48,815 bases of DNA, taken from contig JAWABM010000002.1 in the NCBI GenBank assembly GCA_038999215.1, positions 1 through 48,815 on the forward strand, written 5' to 3'. The notes under the pieces are model-generated. The model did no database searches. It saw only the letters and a program-made list of their open reading frames with translations, and had not been told where the DNA came from. Position 1 is the first letter of the stretch. Each line of letters begins with the position of its first letter. A program made the position numbers and the translations under genes. Of this stretch, positions 1 through 9,096 are shown in pieces. The stretch is from Candidatus Aenigmatarchaeota archaeon. GTDB lineage: Archaea > Aenigmatarchaeota > Aenigmatarchaeia > Aenigmatarchaeales > JACQIB01.

Positions 1-1345
1 GCCCCCAAGTCAAAAGAAATGGTTCAATAATGCGAGTTTGATGCTTCTCATTTAGCTGACTTATTTCAAGTTTGCCGAATTCCTCAAGACATTGCCTATA
101 GATACAATCTACAATGCCATATTTTTCTATTGTCATTAATGGTATTTGGATTGGTGCGACTTTTCCTTCAATATTTTTTGCATATGTTACTATGTAGTTT
201 TCTGGATATACTGGTTGCAATGCTGGATAAAAGCTATACGCTGATATCATCAGTGTAATCATAATCAGAGCGGCATTGCTGTTTTTCAGGAACATTATAT
301 TAATTTTTTCCATCTTAAAGGAAAGTCTGATAAATGCCTTGTAAAATATATGGCCGCATACCATGGAAATTGGGGCAAGCTGTAATATTATATCGTCGGC
401 AATCTGCATGTCAGCTAGTATATATGTCGAAAAAAATATGTATGGCAAAATCATAGCGAACAGCATCTTGTTACTTTTCGCATATTCCATTCTTTTCATT
501 ACAAGCAACCTGGCTCCTTTTGCTACATAATAAATGGTTCCTAACGAGCCTATTGCCAAGAAAATTATTTCGGTGTTGTAGCAGGCTATTATGTTGAAAA
601 TTGCGATGAGTGTGTCTTTGAAATAGACGCCGCTCTTGTATTCCAACGGCAGAAGCACTGCAAACTCAATCATATTAGGCAATGTGTTAGTGAATATGAA
701 ATGTGCACCAACAAACGATACTGACAATGCTATACCAGCGAACAGGTAAAACGTTTTCTTGCGGTCAAAACCATCAAGATAAAAATATATAAGTGGGGCA
801 AGCAGGAAAATGCCAGTTGGTTGCCATGTCATCGGCATGAGCCCGAAAGAAATCCCGCTGAGCAGGTGTTTGCCGCTGAACAGGCTGTAAAGGCCTGCCA
901 TGAGGAGGAAGAGGGCTATTCCTTTCGGGTCGCCGAGCACGAAATATTCTGCAAAAAACGCGAAGGACATGAGTATGATGGTCGAAAAGAGGGGCATTGT
1001 CTTGTTTCCGAACATCCTGAACAGCGTCTTATAGAAGAACACCATTGTCAGGCCGGACATTATCAGCATGCCTATTCTTATTGCGACCCAATTGGGCATG
1101 AACCAGAATATCATCATCCAGAAAGCATCGACCATGTACAGGAAAGGTCCTTTGATGTCAGGAGCCGTGGAATATACAGGGTTTCCTCTGGTTAGTTCCT
1201 GCGATATGTACGAATATATTCCGTGATCCCTCAGTATCGGGAACTGGAATGCGCCGAACGCTGTGAAAATTATTATTGTGAGAAGAAACAGAACGCATTC
1301 AATTCTATTGCCATACATTGTTTTCTTTATGTTGCGCATGCTCAT
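1..1345 (-). CDS. polytopic membrane protein, possibly a GT-C-type glycosyltransferase (PMT/ArnT-like); C-terminus lies outside the window
   Basis: My own minus-strand translation gives an open frame from ATG 1345 (alternative ATG 1318) down to base 1 with no stop, so it is missing from the ORF track. Product starts MSMRNIKKTMYGNRIECVLFLLTIIIFTAFG and continues as many hydrophobic helices. ATGA overlap with the stop of the upstream reductase gene. The family call rests on overall resemblance only. Confidence 0.55.
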   Translation of the reverse strand, partial: MSMRNIKKTMYGNRIECVLFLLTIIIFTAFGAFQFPILRDHGIYSYISQELTRGNPVYSTAPDIKGPFLYMVDAFWMMIFWFMPNWVAIRIGMLIMSGLTMVFFYKTLFRMFGNKTMPLFSTIILMSFAFFAEYFVLGDPKGIALFLLMAGLYSLFSGKHLLSGISFGLMPMTWQPTGIFLLAPLIYFYLDGFDRKKTFYLFAGIALSVSFVGAHFIFTNTLPNMIEFAVLLPLEYKSGVYFKDTLIAIFNIIACYNTEIIFLAIGSLGTIYYVAKGARLLVMKRMEYAKSNKMLFAMILPYIFFSTYILADMQIADDIILQLAPISMVCGHIFYKAFIRLSFKMEKINIMFLKNSNAALIMITLMISAYSFYPALQPVYPENYIVTYAKNIEGKVAPIQIPLMTIEKYGIVDCIYRQCLEEFGKLEISQLNEKHQTRIIEPFLLTWG

Positions 1346-2322
1346 ACCCAGTCGGAATCGAACCTTATTTCGCTAGGCAGCAGCCATGGCATCCTCGTGC
1401 CGGCGAAGTTTGTTGTTTTTCTGAGCGCCCTGCCTATGATTAATTGCGGCCCGAACTTCCTTTTAACCTTTCTGTTGTAGGACCTGAAATTTGGGAAGCT
1501 CTTCACGAGCAGGTCGGCCGCTGTCAACCCCCATATCACGCCGCCCCCGCTCCAAGGCTTCGTAAGACCGGCGGCATCCCCGCAGAGCGCGACGTTCTTG
1601 GAGTCGAGCGTGGTTAGGCCGTTCGGTATCAGCGCGGAGAACTTCTTTGTATTCTTAGGAAGTTTGTACCTTTTCCTTATCCTCTCGAACTCGCCCTTGG
1701 CGCTGCCGTTCACCTCGATGGTGCCGACTTCCATGCTGTCGCCGCGCGGTATCGACCAGGAGAAGCCGTTCTTTGTCGGGAACGTCTCGACTGTCCTTTT
1801 CTGGCTCTTTTGTTTCTTGTACGTGTATATTCCCAGCCTGAATTTCGGGTCCTTTCCTCCGACCTCCCTGCGGACAAAGGAGAGTGCGCCGTCGCAGCCT
1901 ATTATCCTGTCGAACTCGAACGCCTTTATCCCTTCCGGCGTGTCGAACGACACCTGCGGCTTATGCCCTCCGTTGAAGAACAGCTTCCTTGCCTTGTGCC
2001 CAACGAAAAGCTTCGCGCCCTTCTTGTGGGCCAGCCAGGCGACGTAGCGCGTGAGCATGTTCCTGTCGACAATCATCATCGACGGCTTGAAGTAGAGGTG
2101 CACTTTCTTTTTAGGGAAGCTTATCCTGCACCTGCCTATTGCGTGCATTATCACCTTCTCGTTCCTGGGCACGAAGTCCCACAGCCGCTCGGAGATCAGG
2201 CCCGAGCACGGCTTGCTGCCTATTTTCGCCTTCTCTTCGAATAGGTAGACCTCGTTGCTTTCGGCAAGTTTCCACGCCAGGTACGCGCCGACTATGCCGC
2301 ACCCTATTATTCCTACTTTCAT
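1342..2322 (-). CDS. FAD-dependent geranylgeranyl reductase family protein
   Basis: N-terminal dinucleotide-binding fold MKVGIIGCGIVGAYLA, and a later GCDGALSFVRR motif typical of the GGR/FixC-type flavoproteins; 326 aa. Confidence 0.75.
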   Translation of the reverse strand: MKVGIIGCGIVGAYLAWKLAESNEVYLFEEKAKIGSKPCSGLISERLWDFVPRNEKVIMHAIGRCRISFPKKKVHLYFKPSMMIVDRNMLTRYVAWLAHKKGAKLFVGHKARKLFFNGGHKPQVSFDTPEGIKAFEFDRIIGCDGALSFVRREVGGKDPKFRLGIYTYKKQKSQKRTVETFPTKNGFSWSIPRGDSMEVGTIEVNGSAKGEFERIRKRYKLPKNTKKFSALIPNGLTTLDSKNVALCGDAAGLTKPWSGGGVIWGLTAADLLVKSFPNFRSYNRKVKRKFGPQLIIGRALRKTTNFAGTRMPWLLPSEIRFDSDWV

Positions 2323-2354
2323 CCGACCCCCAAAGAATATGCTCCGATTAAAGG

Positions 2355-2363
2355 TTTATATAT
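2355..2363. promoter_or_regulatory. TATA-box-like element in the divergent reductase/secF intergenic region
   Basis: TTTATATAT lies 16-30 nt upstream of the two candidate secF ATGs (2379, 2385) and about 35 nt upstream of the reductase ATG (2322). The element is nearly palindromic, so it could serve either direction. Confidence 0.4.
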
Positions 2364-2378
2364 GTATATTCTAAAGGT

Positions 2379-3212
2379 ATGATTATGAAATACAAAAAAC
2401 TGCTTTTCGTGCCATTAGTGTTGCTCATAATCTCGGTGGCATGTTTCACCTTTCTCAAGGGCGAGTTCTCGCTTGACATCGATTTCAAGGGCGGCACCCA
2501 GCTGTCGCTCGAGTCCTCCAAGCCCGTGGACGCGGCCAGCATAAGGGCCGCGATATCGCAATATGAGCCTGCTGTAAGGGTCGCCCGCGGCCTTTCGAGT
2601 TATACCGTCATCATAGATGTCGACTCGAGCGTCAACTCTTCCGCCGTGCTCGATGACCTGCAGAAGGCGGGCTACAGATTTGACAGCGAATCGTCCCAGA
2701 CAATCGGCGCCTCGCTGGGCAAGTCGTTCTTCTCCCAGGCCCAGCTGGCCTTCGCGTTCGCCTTCGCTTTCATGGCACTGGTGGTCTTCATAGTGTTCAG
2801 ACAGCCCCTGCCCAGCCTCTACATGGTCATGTGCGCTGCGCTGGACATAACAGAAGCCCTGCTGGTCTCGCAGATTCTGGGCATAAATCTTTCCCTCGCC
2901 ACTTTCGCCGCTCTGCTCCTGCTCATAGGATATTCTGTCGATTCGGACATCCTGCTCACCAGCAGGGTGCTCAAGACCAGCGAAGGCGAGCCCAAGGAAA
3001 GGGTCAGGGGCGCATTCAGGACTTGCATGACCATGAGCATGGCCGCAATAGGAGCCGTAGCAGTGCTTTATTTCGCCACGTCCTCGATGGTGCTGCAGCA
3101 GATATCCGCCGTCATCTTGATCGGCCTGCTGTTCGACATACCGAACACCTGGCTGTTCAACGCCCCGCTACTGCTGTGGTGGGTCGAAAGGAAGAGGGGG
3201 TGTCAGGAATGA
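2379..3212 (+). CDS. secF: protein-export membrane protein SecF
   Basis: N-terminal TM helix, the DIDFKGGT motif, a small extracytoplasmic domain, then five TM helices containing GYSVDSDIL; 277 aa. The stop overlaps the secD start (ATGA). Confidence 0.85.
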   Translation: MIMKYKKLLFVPLVLLIISVACFTFLKGEFSLDIDFKGGTQLSLESSKPVDAASIRAAISQYEPAVRVARGLSSYTVIIDVDSSVNSSAVLDDLQKAGYRFDSESSQTIGASLGKSFFSQAQLAFAFAFAFMALVVFIVFRQPLPSLYMVMCAALDITEALLVSQILGINLSLATFAALLLLIGYSVDSDILLTSRVLKTSEGEPKERVRGAFRTCMTMSMAAIGAVAVLYFATSSMVLQQISAVILIGLLFDIPNTWLFNAPLLLWWVERKRGCQE

Positions 3213-4888
3213 ACCTTAAGCTGCTGAAGGAGTGGAGGGTACTGCTTCTCTTAGCATTGGTCATGTTTTCAATCGCATCAATAATGCCATCTTCGCAGGA
3301 AGGTGTGATTGTTAAAAGCGTCTCTTCCGACTCCCCTTTCATCGGAAAGGTGGCCGCTGGCGACAGGATAAGTTGGGCCAATGAAAAGACTATAAACGCT
3401 CCGCAGGACCTTTACGTGTTCGACAACTACACGGGAGTGTTCAGGTTCATGAAGAACGGCGAGCTTATGCTGATAAGCATAGACAAGCCCGGTCTCAAGA
3501 TTATAGTGGACGATCCGTCCGCCAGCAGGCTGAAGTTCGGCATGGACCTCGTCGGAGGCACCAGGGTGCTGCTCAAGCCTCTGGGCAACGTCTCGGACGC
3601 GGTCGTCCAGCAGATAATGGCCACGCTTGAGACCAGGATAAACGTCTACGGCCTGCGCGAGGCCAAGTTCCAGGCGGTCAGCGACGTTGAGGGCAACAAA
3701 TATGTTCAGATAGAGATGGCCGGCGGCTCCAAGGCCGAGGTGGAGGACCTGCTGTCCAAGCAGGGCGTTTTCGAGGGCAAGGTCGGCAGGTCCGTAGAGT
3801 TCAAGAACGGCACTGGCTCGTTCTGGGGCAAGACCGTCATGTTCATAGACAATGAAACGATGAGGGTCGACGGTGCCGACGTCTCTGTCAACGGCACGTT
3901 CAGGGCAGACGGCATTGACTTCAAGCTCGTGAACATCACGCAGGAGCGCGCCGTGTTCCTTGCCGAAGTCTTCAAGGGCGCGGACATAAAGTCCGTCTGC
4001 ATGCAGGAGCAGGCCGGCATCTGCACATCGCGGCTCATCGAGCAGAAGAACGGCTGGCAGTTCATGTTCCAGGTATTCGTTTCGCAGGAAGGCGCGGAAA
4101 GGTTCGCCAAGGTCACAAAGGACATGAAGGTGATAGTCGACCCAAACAGCGGCGACAGCTATCTGGACGGCAAGATGGTCCTCCTGCTTGACAACAAGCT
4201 CATAACCGACCTCAATATAGCCTCGGAGCTCGCGGGCAAGGCCTACACGGAGCCCGTGATAACCGGCTTCAGGCAGCAGAAGGAGGACGCTCAGGCGGAG
4301 AAGCTCATGCTGCAGAGCATACTGCAGTCCGGCGCCCTTCCGACCCAGCTGGAGATAAACAGGATAGACCAGATTTCGCCGAGCCTGGGCCAGGAGTTCC
4401 TCGGTTCCGCCCTGATAGCTGGCTTGTCTGCGGTTCTGGCCGTAGGCGTCATAGTGACCGCCAGATACAGGAACTGGAAGATCTCCCTGCCGATGACGAT
4501 GACCATGATAAGCGAGGCCGTGATAATCCTCGGTGTCGCCAGCTGGATAAATTGGACCATCGATCTCGCCTCGATAGCCGGGATAATAGCCACTGTCGGC
4601 ACTGGCGTCGATGCACAGATAATGATTGTCGACGAGCTGCGCATGGGCGAGAAGAAGGTCTACACGCTTAAGCAGAAGATGAAGAAGGCCATGTTCGTTA
4701 TATTCTCATCCGCCTCCACGACTGTGGCAGCGATGGTTCCGCTGCTGTTCGTCGGCATAGGCGTTATGAGGGGCTTTGCCGTCACAACGACGCTCGGCGT
4801 CTTCATAGGCATAGGCATCGCGAGGCCTGCCTTCAGCAAGATTGTCGAGTTCGTGTTCGAGAAAGAGGAGCTCACTTCTTCAGCCTGA
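3209..4888 (+). CDS. secD: protein-export membrane protein SecD
   Basis: The track ORF 2831..4888 is trimmed to the in-frame ATG at 3209 (MNLKLLKEWRVLLLLALVMFS), which overlaps the secF stop. Features: large extracytoplasmic domain, the FGMDLVGGTRV motif, and a C-terminal six-TM bundle. Confidence 0.85.
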   Translation: MNLKLLKEWRVLLLLALVMFSIASIMPSSQEGVIVKSVSSDSPFIGKVAAGDRISWANEKTINAPQDLYVFDNYTGVFRFMKNGELMLISIDKPGLKIIVDDPSASRLKFGMDLVGGTRVLLKPLGNVSDAVVQQIMATLETRINVYGLREAKFQAVSDVEGNKYVQIEMAGGSKAEVEDLLSKQGVFEGKVGRSVEFKNGTGSFWGKTVMFIDNETMRVDGADVSVNGTFRADGIDFKLVNITQERAVFLAEVFKGADIKSVCMQEQAGICTSRLIEQKNGWQFMFQVFVSQEGAERFAKVTKDMKVIVDPNSGDSYLDGKMVLLLDNKLITDLNIASELAGKAYTEPVITGFRQQKEDAQAEKLMLQSILQSGALPTQLEINRIDQISPSLGQEFLGSALIAGLSAVLAVGVIVTARYRNWKISLPMTMTMISEAVIILGVASWINWTIDLASIAGIIATVGTGVDAQIMIVDELRMGEKKVYTLKQKMKKAMFVIFSSASTTVAAMVPLLFVGIGVMRGFAVTTTLGVFIGIGIARPAFSKIVEFVFEKEELTSSA

Positions 4889-5192
4889 GGATGGCGGCTG
4901 CAAGGTCCCCCTCCTCCTTGAGGGCCTTCTCCGCTTCCGCCTTCGAGGCGCCTGTCTGTTCCATCACGGTCTTGACGTCCTCGTCTGTGAATCCCGCCTT
5001 CCTTTCCGTGACTTCGCCTGAGACCTGGAACGTCTCCTGTCCGCCCATCTTCACGCGCGTCACCTGCGGATTGCTTATGATGAGCTCCTTCGAGGCCGTT
5101 CTTATCACGACCTCGTCCGCTTCTATGCTGTCAGATATTATGCCCATCTGCTTCATCATCTTCTCCATCTGCCTGGCGTTCATGTTGAGCAT
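4872..5192 (-). CDS. nac: nascent polypeptide-associated complex protein (archaeal NAC) with C-terminal UBA-like domain
   Basis: The track ORF 4872..5516 is trimmed to ATG 5192 (MLNMNARQMEKMMKQMGI). It has a NAC beta-barrel segment and a C-terminal GASKAEAEKALKEEGDLAAAILRL segment; 106 aa. The 3' end overlaps secD by 17 nt. Confidence 0.85.
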   Translation of the reverse strand: MLNMNARQMEKMMKQMGIISDSIEADEVVIRTASKELIISNPQVTRVKMGGQETFQVSGEVTERKAGFTDEDVKTVMEQTGASKAEAEKALKEEGDLAAAILRLKK

Positions 5193-5226
5193 AACCCTTT
5201 TTCTCGCATGAAGCTTAAAAAGATTT

Positions 5227-6432
5227 ATGCTGGAGCTGCTCCTGGCCCTCGCTTTCGGTATCCTTCTCGGCGTGATATGCGGAATAATGCCGGGCCTGCA
5301 CCCTAATAACACGATACCTATCATATTCGGCCTGTCGTTCCTCTTCGACCCGATGCAGGCAGCCGTCGTGCTGATAGCAGCGGGCGTATCGAACTCTTTC
5401 GTGAATTTCATACCTTCTATATTCGTGGGTGCTCCGGATGCCGGCGCAGAGCTATCCGCACTACCTGGCCACAGGATGCTTTTGGCCGGCAGGGGCTTCG
5501 AGGCGGTGCGCCTCACGGTGCTCGGCGGTTTGGGCGCTGTCCTGCTGTCGGTGGCGCTGCTGCCCGCGTTCTCCGTCGTGTTCCCGCTCCTTTACAGGCT
5601 GGCGCGGCCTGTGCTCCATTGGCTTCTGCTCGTCGTCGTCTTCTACATGGTTGCGGGTGAGGAAGGCCTGAAAGGCAAGGCGATCGCCCTGTATGTCATT
5701 GCTGTATCAGGCGCGCTCGGCTATTTTCTTCTTGATGTCGTGTCCGTCAATGGCGCACTGTTCCCTCTGCTCTCCGGCATGTTCGGCCTGCCCATGCTGC
5801 TGCTGGCTGTCAAGGACAAGGTCCGTCTGCCCGAAGGCATGTCGTTCGAGCACGAGAAGATAGGGAAGAAGGACCTGCTTTCAAGCGTCGGGGTGGGCAG
5901 CATTGCGGGAGTTCTCGCCGGGCTTCTGCCGGGCATCGGCAGCTCGCAGGCCACCGTGCTCGCGCAGGAGGCTGTCGGCCGAGGCTCGGACAGGAAGTTC
6001 CTGATAGCGATGGGCGGCGTGGCAGTTTCCGATGTCGTGTATTCGATAATCGCCCTTTACATCCTCGGGAACGCAAGGAGCGGGATAGCTGTCGCCGTCG
6101 GAAACCTTGTCTCCGTCGGGCTCGGCCAGGTGTTGCTCTTCCTCTCCGTCGTTCTGGCGGCCGCGGGCATCGGCGCCTGCATGACCCTCAAGATGTCCAG
6201 GCTGGCCGTCGCCTTTCTCAGAAGGGTCGATTATGCGAAGCTGTGCATGCTGACGTTCGCCGGAGTCCTTGCGATGACGGCCTGGTTCTCTGGCCCCGCC
6301 GGCGTTGCCATATCGCTCGTTGCCTTGAGCATAGGGCTGATACCGAACATCGCCGGCGTGAAGCGCAGCCACTGCATGGGCTGCCTGCTTGTTCCGACGA
6401 TAATGTTTTTTGCTCAGCTCAGTTTAGGCTGA
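5227..6432 (+). CDS. TctA-family / DUF112 integral membrane protein (putative tricarboxylate-type transporter permease)
   Basis: 401 aa and highly hydrophobic. Motifs GIMPGLHPNN and LPGIGSSQA resemble the two repeated PG(L/I)G motifs of the TctA family. Confidence 0.65.
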   Translation: MLELLLALAFGILLGVICGIMPGLHPNNTIPIIFGLSFLFDPMQAAVVLIAAGVSNSFVNFIPSIFVGAPDAGAELSALPGHRMLLAGRGFEAVRLTVLGGLGAVLLSVALLPAFSVVFPLLYRLARPVLHWLLLVVVFYMVAGEEGLKGKAIALYVIAVSGALGYFLLDVVSVNGALFPLLSGMFGLPMLLLAVKDKVRLPEGMSFEHEKIGKKDLLSSVGVGSIAGVLAGLLPGIGSSQATVLAQEAVGRGSDRKFLIAMGGVAVSDVVYSIIALYILGNARSGIAVAVGNLVSVGLGQVLLFLSVVLAAAGIGACMTLKMSRLAVAFLRRVDYAKLCMLTFAGVLAMTAWFSGPAGVAISLVALSIGLIPNIAGVKRSHCMGCLLVPTIMFFAQLSLG

Positions 6433-9079
6433 CGAACTTCCCCAGGGAGCCGTTGTGCGAGAAATAGACCTGCGAACCGCACTCCGGGCACATGCCTGTG
6501 AGCGGCGGCCGCTTCGATACCCATCTGCACTTCTTGCACGCAACCCCGTCATTGCCCCGCAGGGTGGTCTGGTCCGGAGACGGCTCCTTCGAGCCCATCG
6601 CGTCCAGCAGGCTGCGCTGTCTGCAGCCTTCCAGAAGCTCGGTCCGCGTTATGTTGCAGACCTCGAATATCCTCTCGACAGGAGGCAGCACCTGGTTCTC
6701 CGCGTAATACTGCGCATCTATCTCCATGCCCTTCTCTTTCGCGTACTCCGGCTCCTCCGCGCGCTTGGAGAGCATGTCGTTGCCCTTGATTATCACGTAG
6801 CCCAGCCGCTCCCCGACCATGTTCTGCCTGGTCGGGTCTCGCTCCTTTATCTTTTTCGCCAGCTCCACGTGCGGCTGCATTCCGTCATACGCGTCCAGAG
6901 ACTTGGTCACGCCTTTCACGACGGTCAGCTTCTCGAGCGGCACCCTGCCTTCGGCCAGGTCCTTGAGCACCTTGCGCACGTGCTGCGACGCCTTGCTGAT
7001 GTTCTGCTCCTTCAGCATTATGGATATGACTTCCTTCATCGTGTCCGAGGTGAGCTCGCACCAGTCGCGCCGCACTGTCTCGATTCCCTTCATAACTATC
7101 TTGTCCTTCCATTTGCCGTCCTTCTTCTCGAACGCCCATCCGGCATACCGCTTCTTCGTGAGTATCAGGAACGTGTTGAATATCTTCTCGAAGGCTATGC
7201 TCAGCCCGGGCAGCCTGGCAGTGATGAAGCTCGCTATCTCGTTGCCTGTCTGCTCGGCTATGTCAAGGTTGAGTATGTCAGTCTTCAGGAATATCGAGTC
7301 CGTGTCCCCGTATATCACCTTGACTGGGAAGTTGTCCTCAACGAGCTTCTTCGTGTTGATGATGTTTTCCCTTCCTATGCTCGTTATCGAGTTGGCTATT
7401 GCCATGAGGTAGAGCCTTGATCTTATGTAGCCTGTGTACCCGTAGAGGCTGTTTGCCATGGTCTTGAGCGCGAGCTGTTTTGCGTTGAGCTGCCTTGTCC
7501 TCTCGGCATTCGTTTCCTTCTTCATCTCCGCCTTCGCGCGCTTTCGCGCATCAGTCATGTCCCGGAGCATCTTGGGTAGTATCCCTTCGCGCACCTCCTT
7601 CTTCACGAACTTCGTTCCGTACGGAGACGTCACGTATTCGCTCGTCGAGTCGTCGTAGAGCACCGTCGTCGGGCAGATGTTGAACGCCATGATTATCGAC
7701 GGGTACAGCGACTGGAAATCCAGCACGAGCGTGCACCCGGACGAGTGCAGGCCGACAGCTGGCTCGAGCACTATCGCGCCTGTGAGGCCGATTTTCGCCC
7801 TTTCGCTGAGCCTCCTGCTTATTTCCGCCTGGTCCGGCTTGCATGGCATGAGCATGTCCGCCTTCCTGAACTCGTGCAGCAGCCTGCACTCATGCCTCTG
7901 CGTCTGCCCTCCGAACGCGTCCTGCAGCAGCAGCCCCGATATCTTTGAGAGCTCGAAGAATTTGTCCAGCAGCCCCTTGTCCAATACGAGCCTCATCGCC
8001 AGCTCGGAGTCGCGCCTGCAGTAGTCGACCAGCTTTTTCATATCGGATGTGTTGCCGTTCCAGAGCTTCTTTATTTCCCTCACCCCGCCTACGTCCAGCT
8101 TCTCCATCCCCAGCATCTCCTTCGCAACCGTCGCCAGGTTGTAGCGCTTGAAGCTTATCCATGGGTCCTTCTTGAGTATCTCGAACGGGTCCGCTATCAC
8201 TCTTCCTGTTATGTTGGTTATCATGCTGCCGGTCACCTTCCTTGTGTAAGGCCTCTTGTCCGCCCTTCCGAGGTCAGGCTTTATTTCCAGGGCTTCCATC
8301 CTTCCGAGCAGGTAGGGGATGTCGAAGTTGTTGATGTTGTAGCCCACGAGGACGTCGGGGTCGTATTCCTTCACTATGTCTATGAAGCGCTCTATCATCT
8401 CCTTCTCTCCGTTGAAGCCTGTGCAGTCGCTGTCGACAAAGGCCTGTTTCGAGAGCAGCACCATTGTCTTCTTTCCCTTGTATTCGGGGCTGAAATAGAG
8501 CGATATCATTATTATCGGGTCCCTGCCGGCCTCGGGCAGCCTGTCGCCTTCCGTGACGCACTCTATGTCGAGCGCCATGTACCGCAGAGGCACGTTGTCC
8601 GGCCTGTCTATCGGCTCTATCGATTCCGCCTCGATTGCCCTGCACTTCACTGCCGCGGTGCGCACCTGCTTGCCCTTTACGTCCGCCCAACCCATGCCGA
8701 ACAGGCCGTGGTCCACCAGGAAGCGGTAGGCAAACAGTATGTCCGCGTCGTAAGGGGTGCCGTATTTCTTCACAGCTTCCCTCATCTCCGGGACCTTCGA
8801 TGGGTCGGCGCACGTCGCCTTCAGCACCTTCACTGGCGATTTTGAATATCCCATAGGTAGGAACTTTTCCGCAACAGCCGCATTGGCGCCATGCCTCTTT
8901 AGTTCCTCTGTTATGGCCGGGAAATTCTTCTCGTCCGCATGCACGTAGAAGTAGGGCCTGAACTTGTCGTAGAACGCGCACACTGATGATCCGTCCTCCG
9001 TCTTTCCGTACAGCCTTATGACCGGCTTGCTGTTTATCATCGCGTAATCGCAATCGAGAATCTGCATCTGCATGCGCAT
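6419..9079 (-). CDS. polB: family B DNA polymerase with extra C-terminal CxxC-x15-CxxC zinc ribbon
   Basis: Exo I ALDIEC, Exo II YNINNFDIPYL, Exo III YCRRDSELA. Pol A LDFQSLYPSII, Pol B KQLALKTMANSLYGYTG, Pol C VIYGDTDSIF. C-terminal tail CKKCRWVSKRPPLTGMCPECG. Candidate starts are 9079, 9073 and 9067; MQILDCDY matches the usual MILDxDY start. Confidence 0.95.
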   Translation of the reverse strand: MRMQMQILDCDYAMINSKPVIRLYGKTEDGSSVCAFYDKFRPYFYVHADEKNFPAITEELKRHGANAAVAEKFLPMGYSKSPVKVLKATCADPSKVPEMREAVKKYGTPYDADILFAYRFLVDHGLFGMGWADVKGKQVRTAAVKCRAIEAESIEPIDRPDNVPLRYMALDIECVTEGDRLPEAGRDPIIMISLYFSPEYKGKKTMVLLSKQAFVDSDCTGFNGEKEMIERFIDIVKEYDPDVLVGYNINNFDIPYLLGRMEALEIKPDLGRADKRPYTRKVTGSMITNITGRVIADPFEILKKDPWISFKRYNLATVAKEMLGMEKLDVGGVREIKKLWNGNTSDMKKLVDYCRRDSELAMRLVLDKGLLDKFFELSKISGLLLQDAFGGQTQRHECRLLHEFRKADMLMPCKPDQAEISRRLSERAKIGLTGAIVLEPAVGLHSSGCTLVLDFQSLYPSIIMAFNICPTTVLYDDSTSEYVTSPYGTKFVKKEVREGILPKMLRDMTDARKRAKAEMKKETNAERTRQLNAKQLALKTMANSLYGYTGYIRSRLYLMAIANSITSIGRENIINTKKLVEDNFPVKVIYGDTDSIFLKTDILNLDIAEQTGNEIASFITARLPGLSIAFEKIFNTFLILTKKRYAGWAFEKKDGKWKDKIVMKGIETVRRDWCELTSDTMKEVISIMLKEQNISKASQHVRKVLKDLAEGRVPLEKLTVVKGVTKSLDAYDGMQPHVELAKKIKERDPTRQNMVGERLGYVIIKGNDMLSKRAEEPEYAKEKGMEIDAQYYAENQVLPPVERIFEVCNITRTELLEGCRQRSLLDAMGSKEPSPDQTTLRGNDGVACKKCRWVSKRPPLTGMCPECGSQVYFSHNGSLGKFVSLN

Positions 9080-9096
9080 ATATCAGCATCGCATGC

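Noticed and set aside
821-1195. 124-aa plus-strand ORF rich in His and Glu.
   Set aside because: It is antisense to the uninterrupted membrane-protein frame that I translated on the minus strand, and its composition is implausible for a real protein.
2831-3208. N-terminal 126 codons of the track ORF 2831..4888, overlapping secF in another frame.
   Set aside because: That segment is Arg/His/Gln-rich junk. The genuine SecD starts at ATG 3209 with a signal-anchor helix and an ATGA junction to secF.
5193-5516. Upstream extension of the NAC ORF. The same issue applies to the extensions 36780..37064 (glutaredoxin-like), 44062..44457 (HAD), 11118..11183 (orc1), 13614..13685 (dnaG), 41778..41915 (trxB) and 24023..24061 (surface protein).
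   Set aside because: The extensions overlap neighbouring genes or promoter DNA and lack family-typical sequence. The internal ATGs reproduce canonical N-termini and/or have SD-like or ATGA coupling signals.
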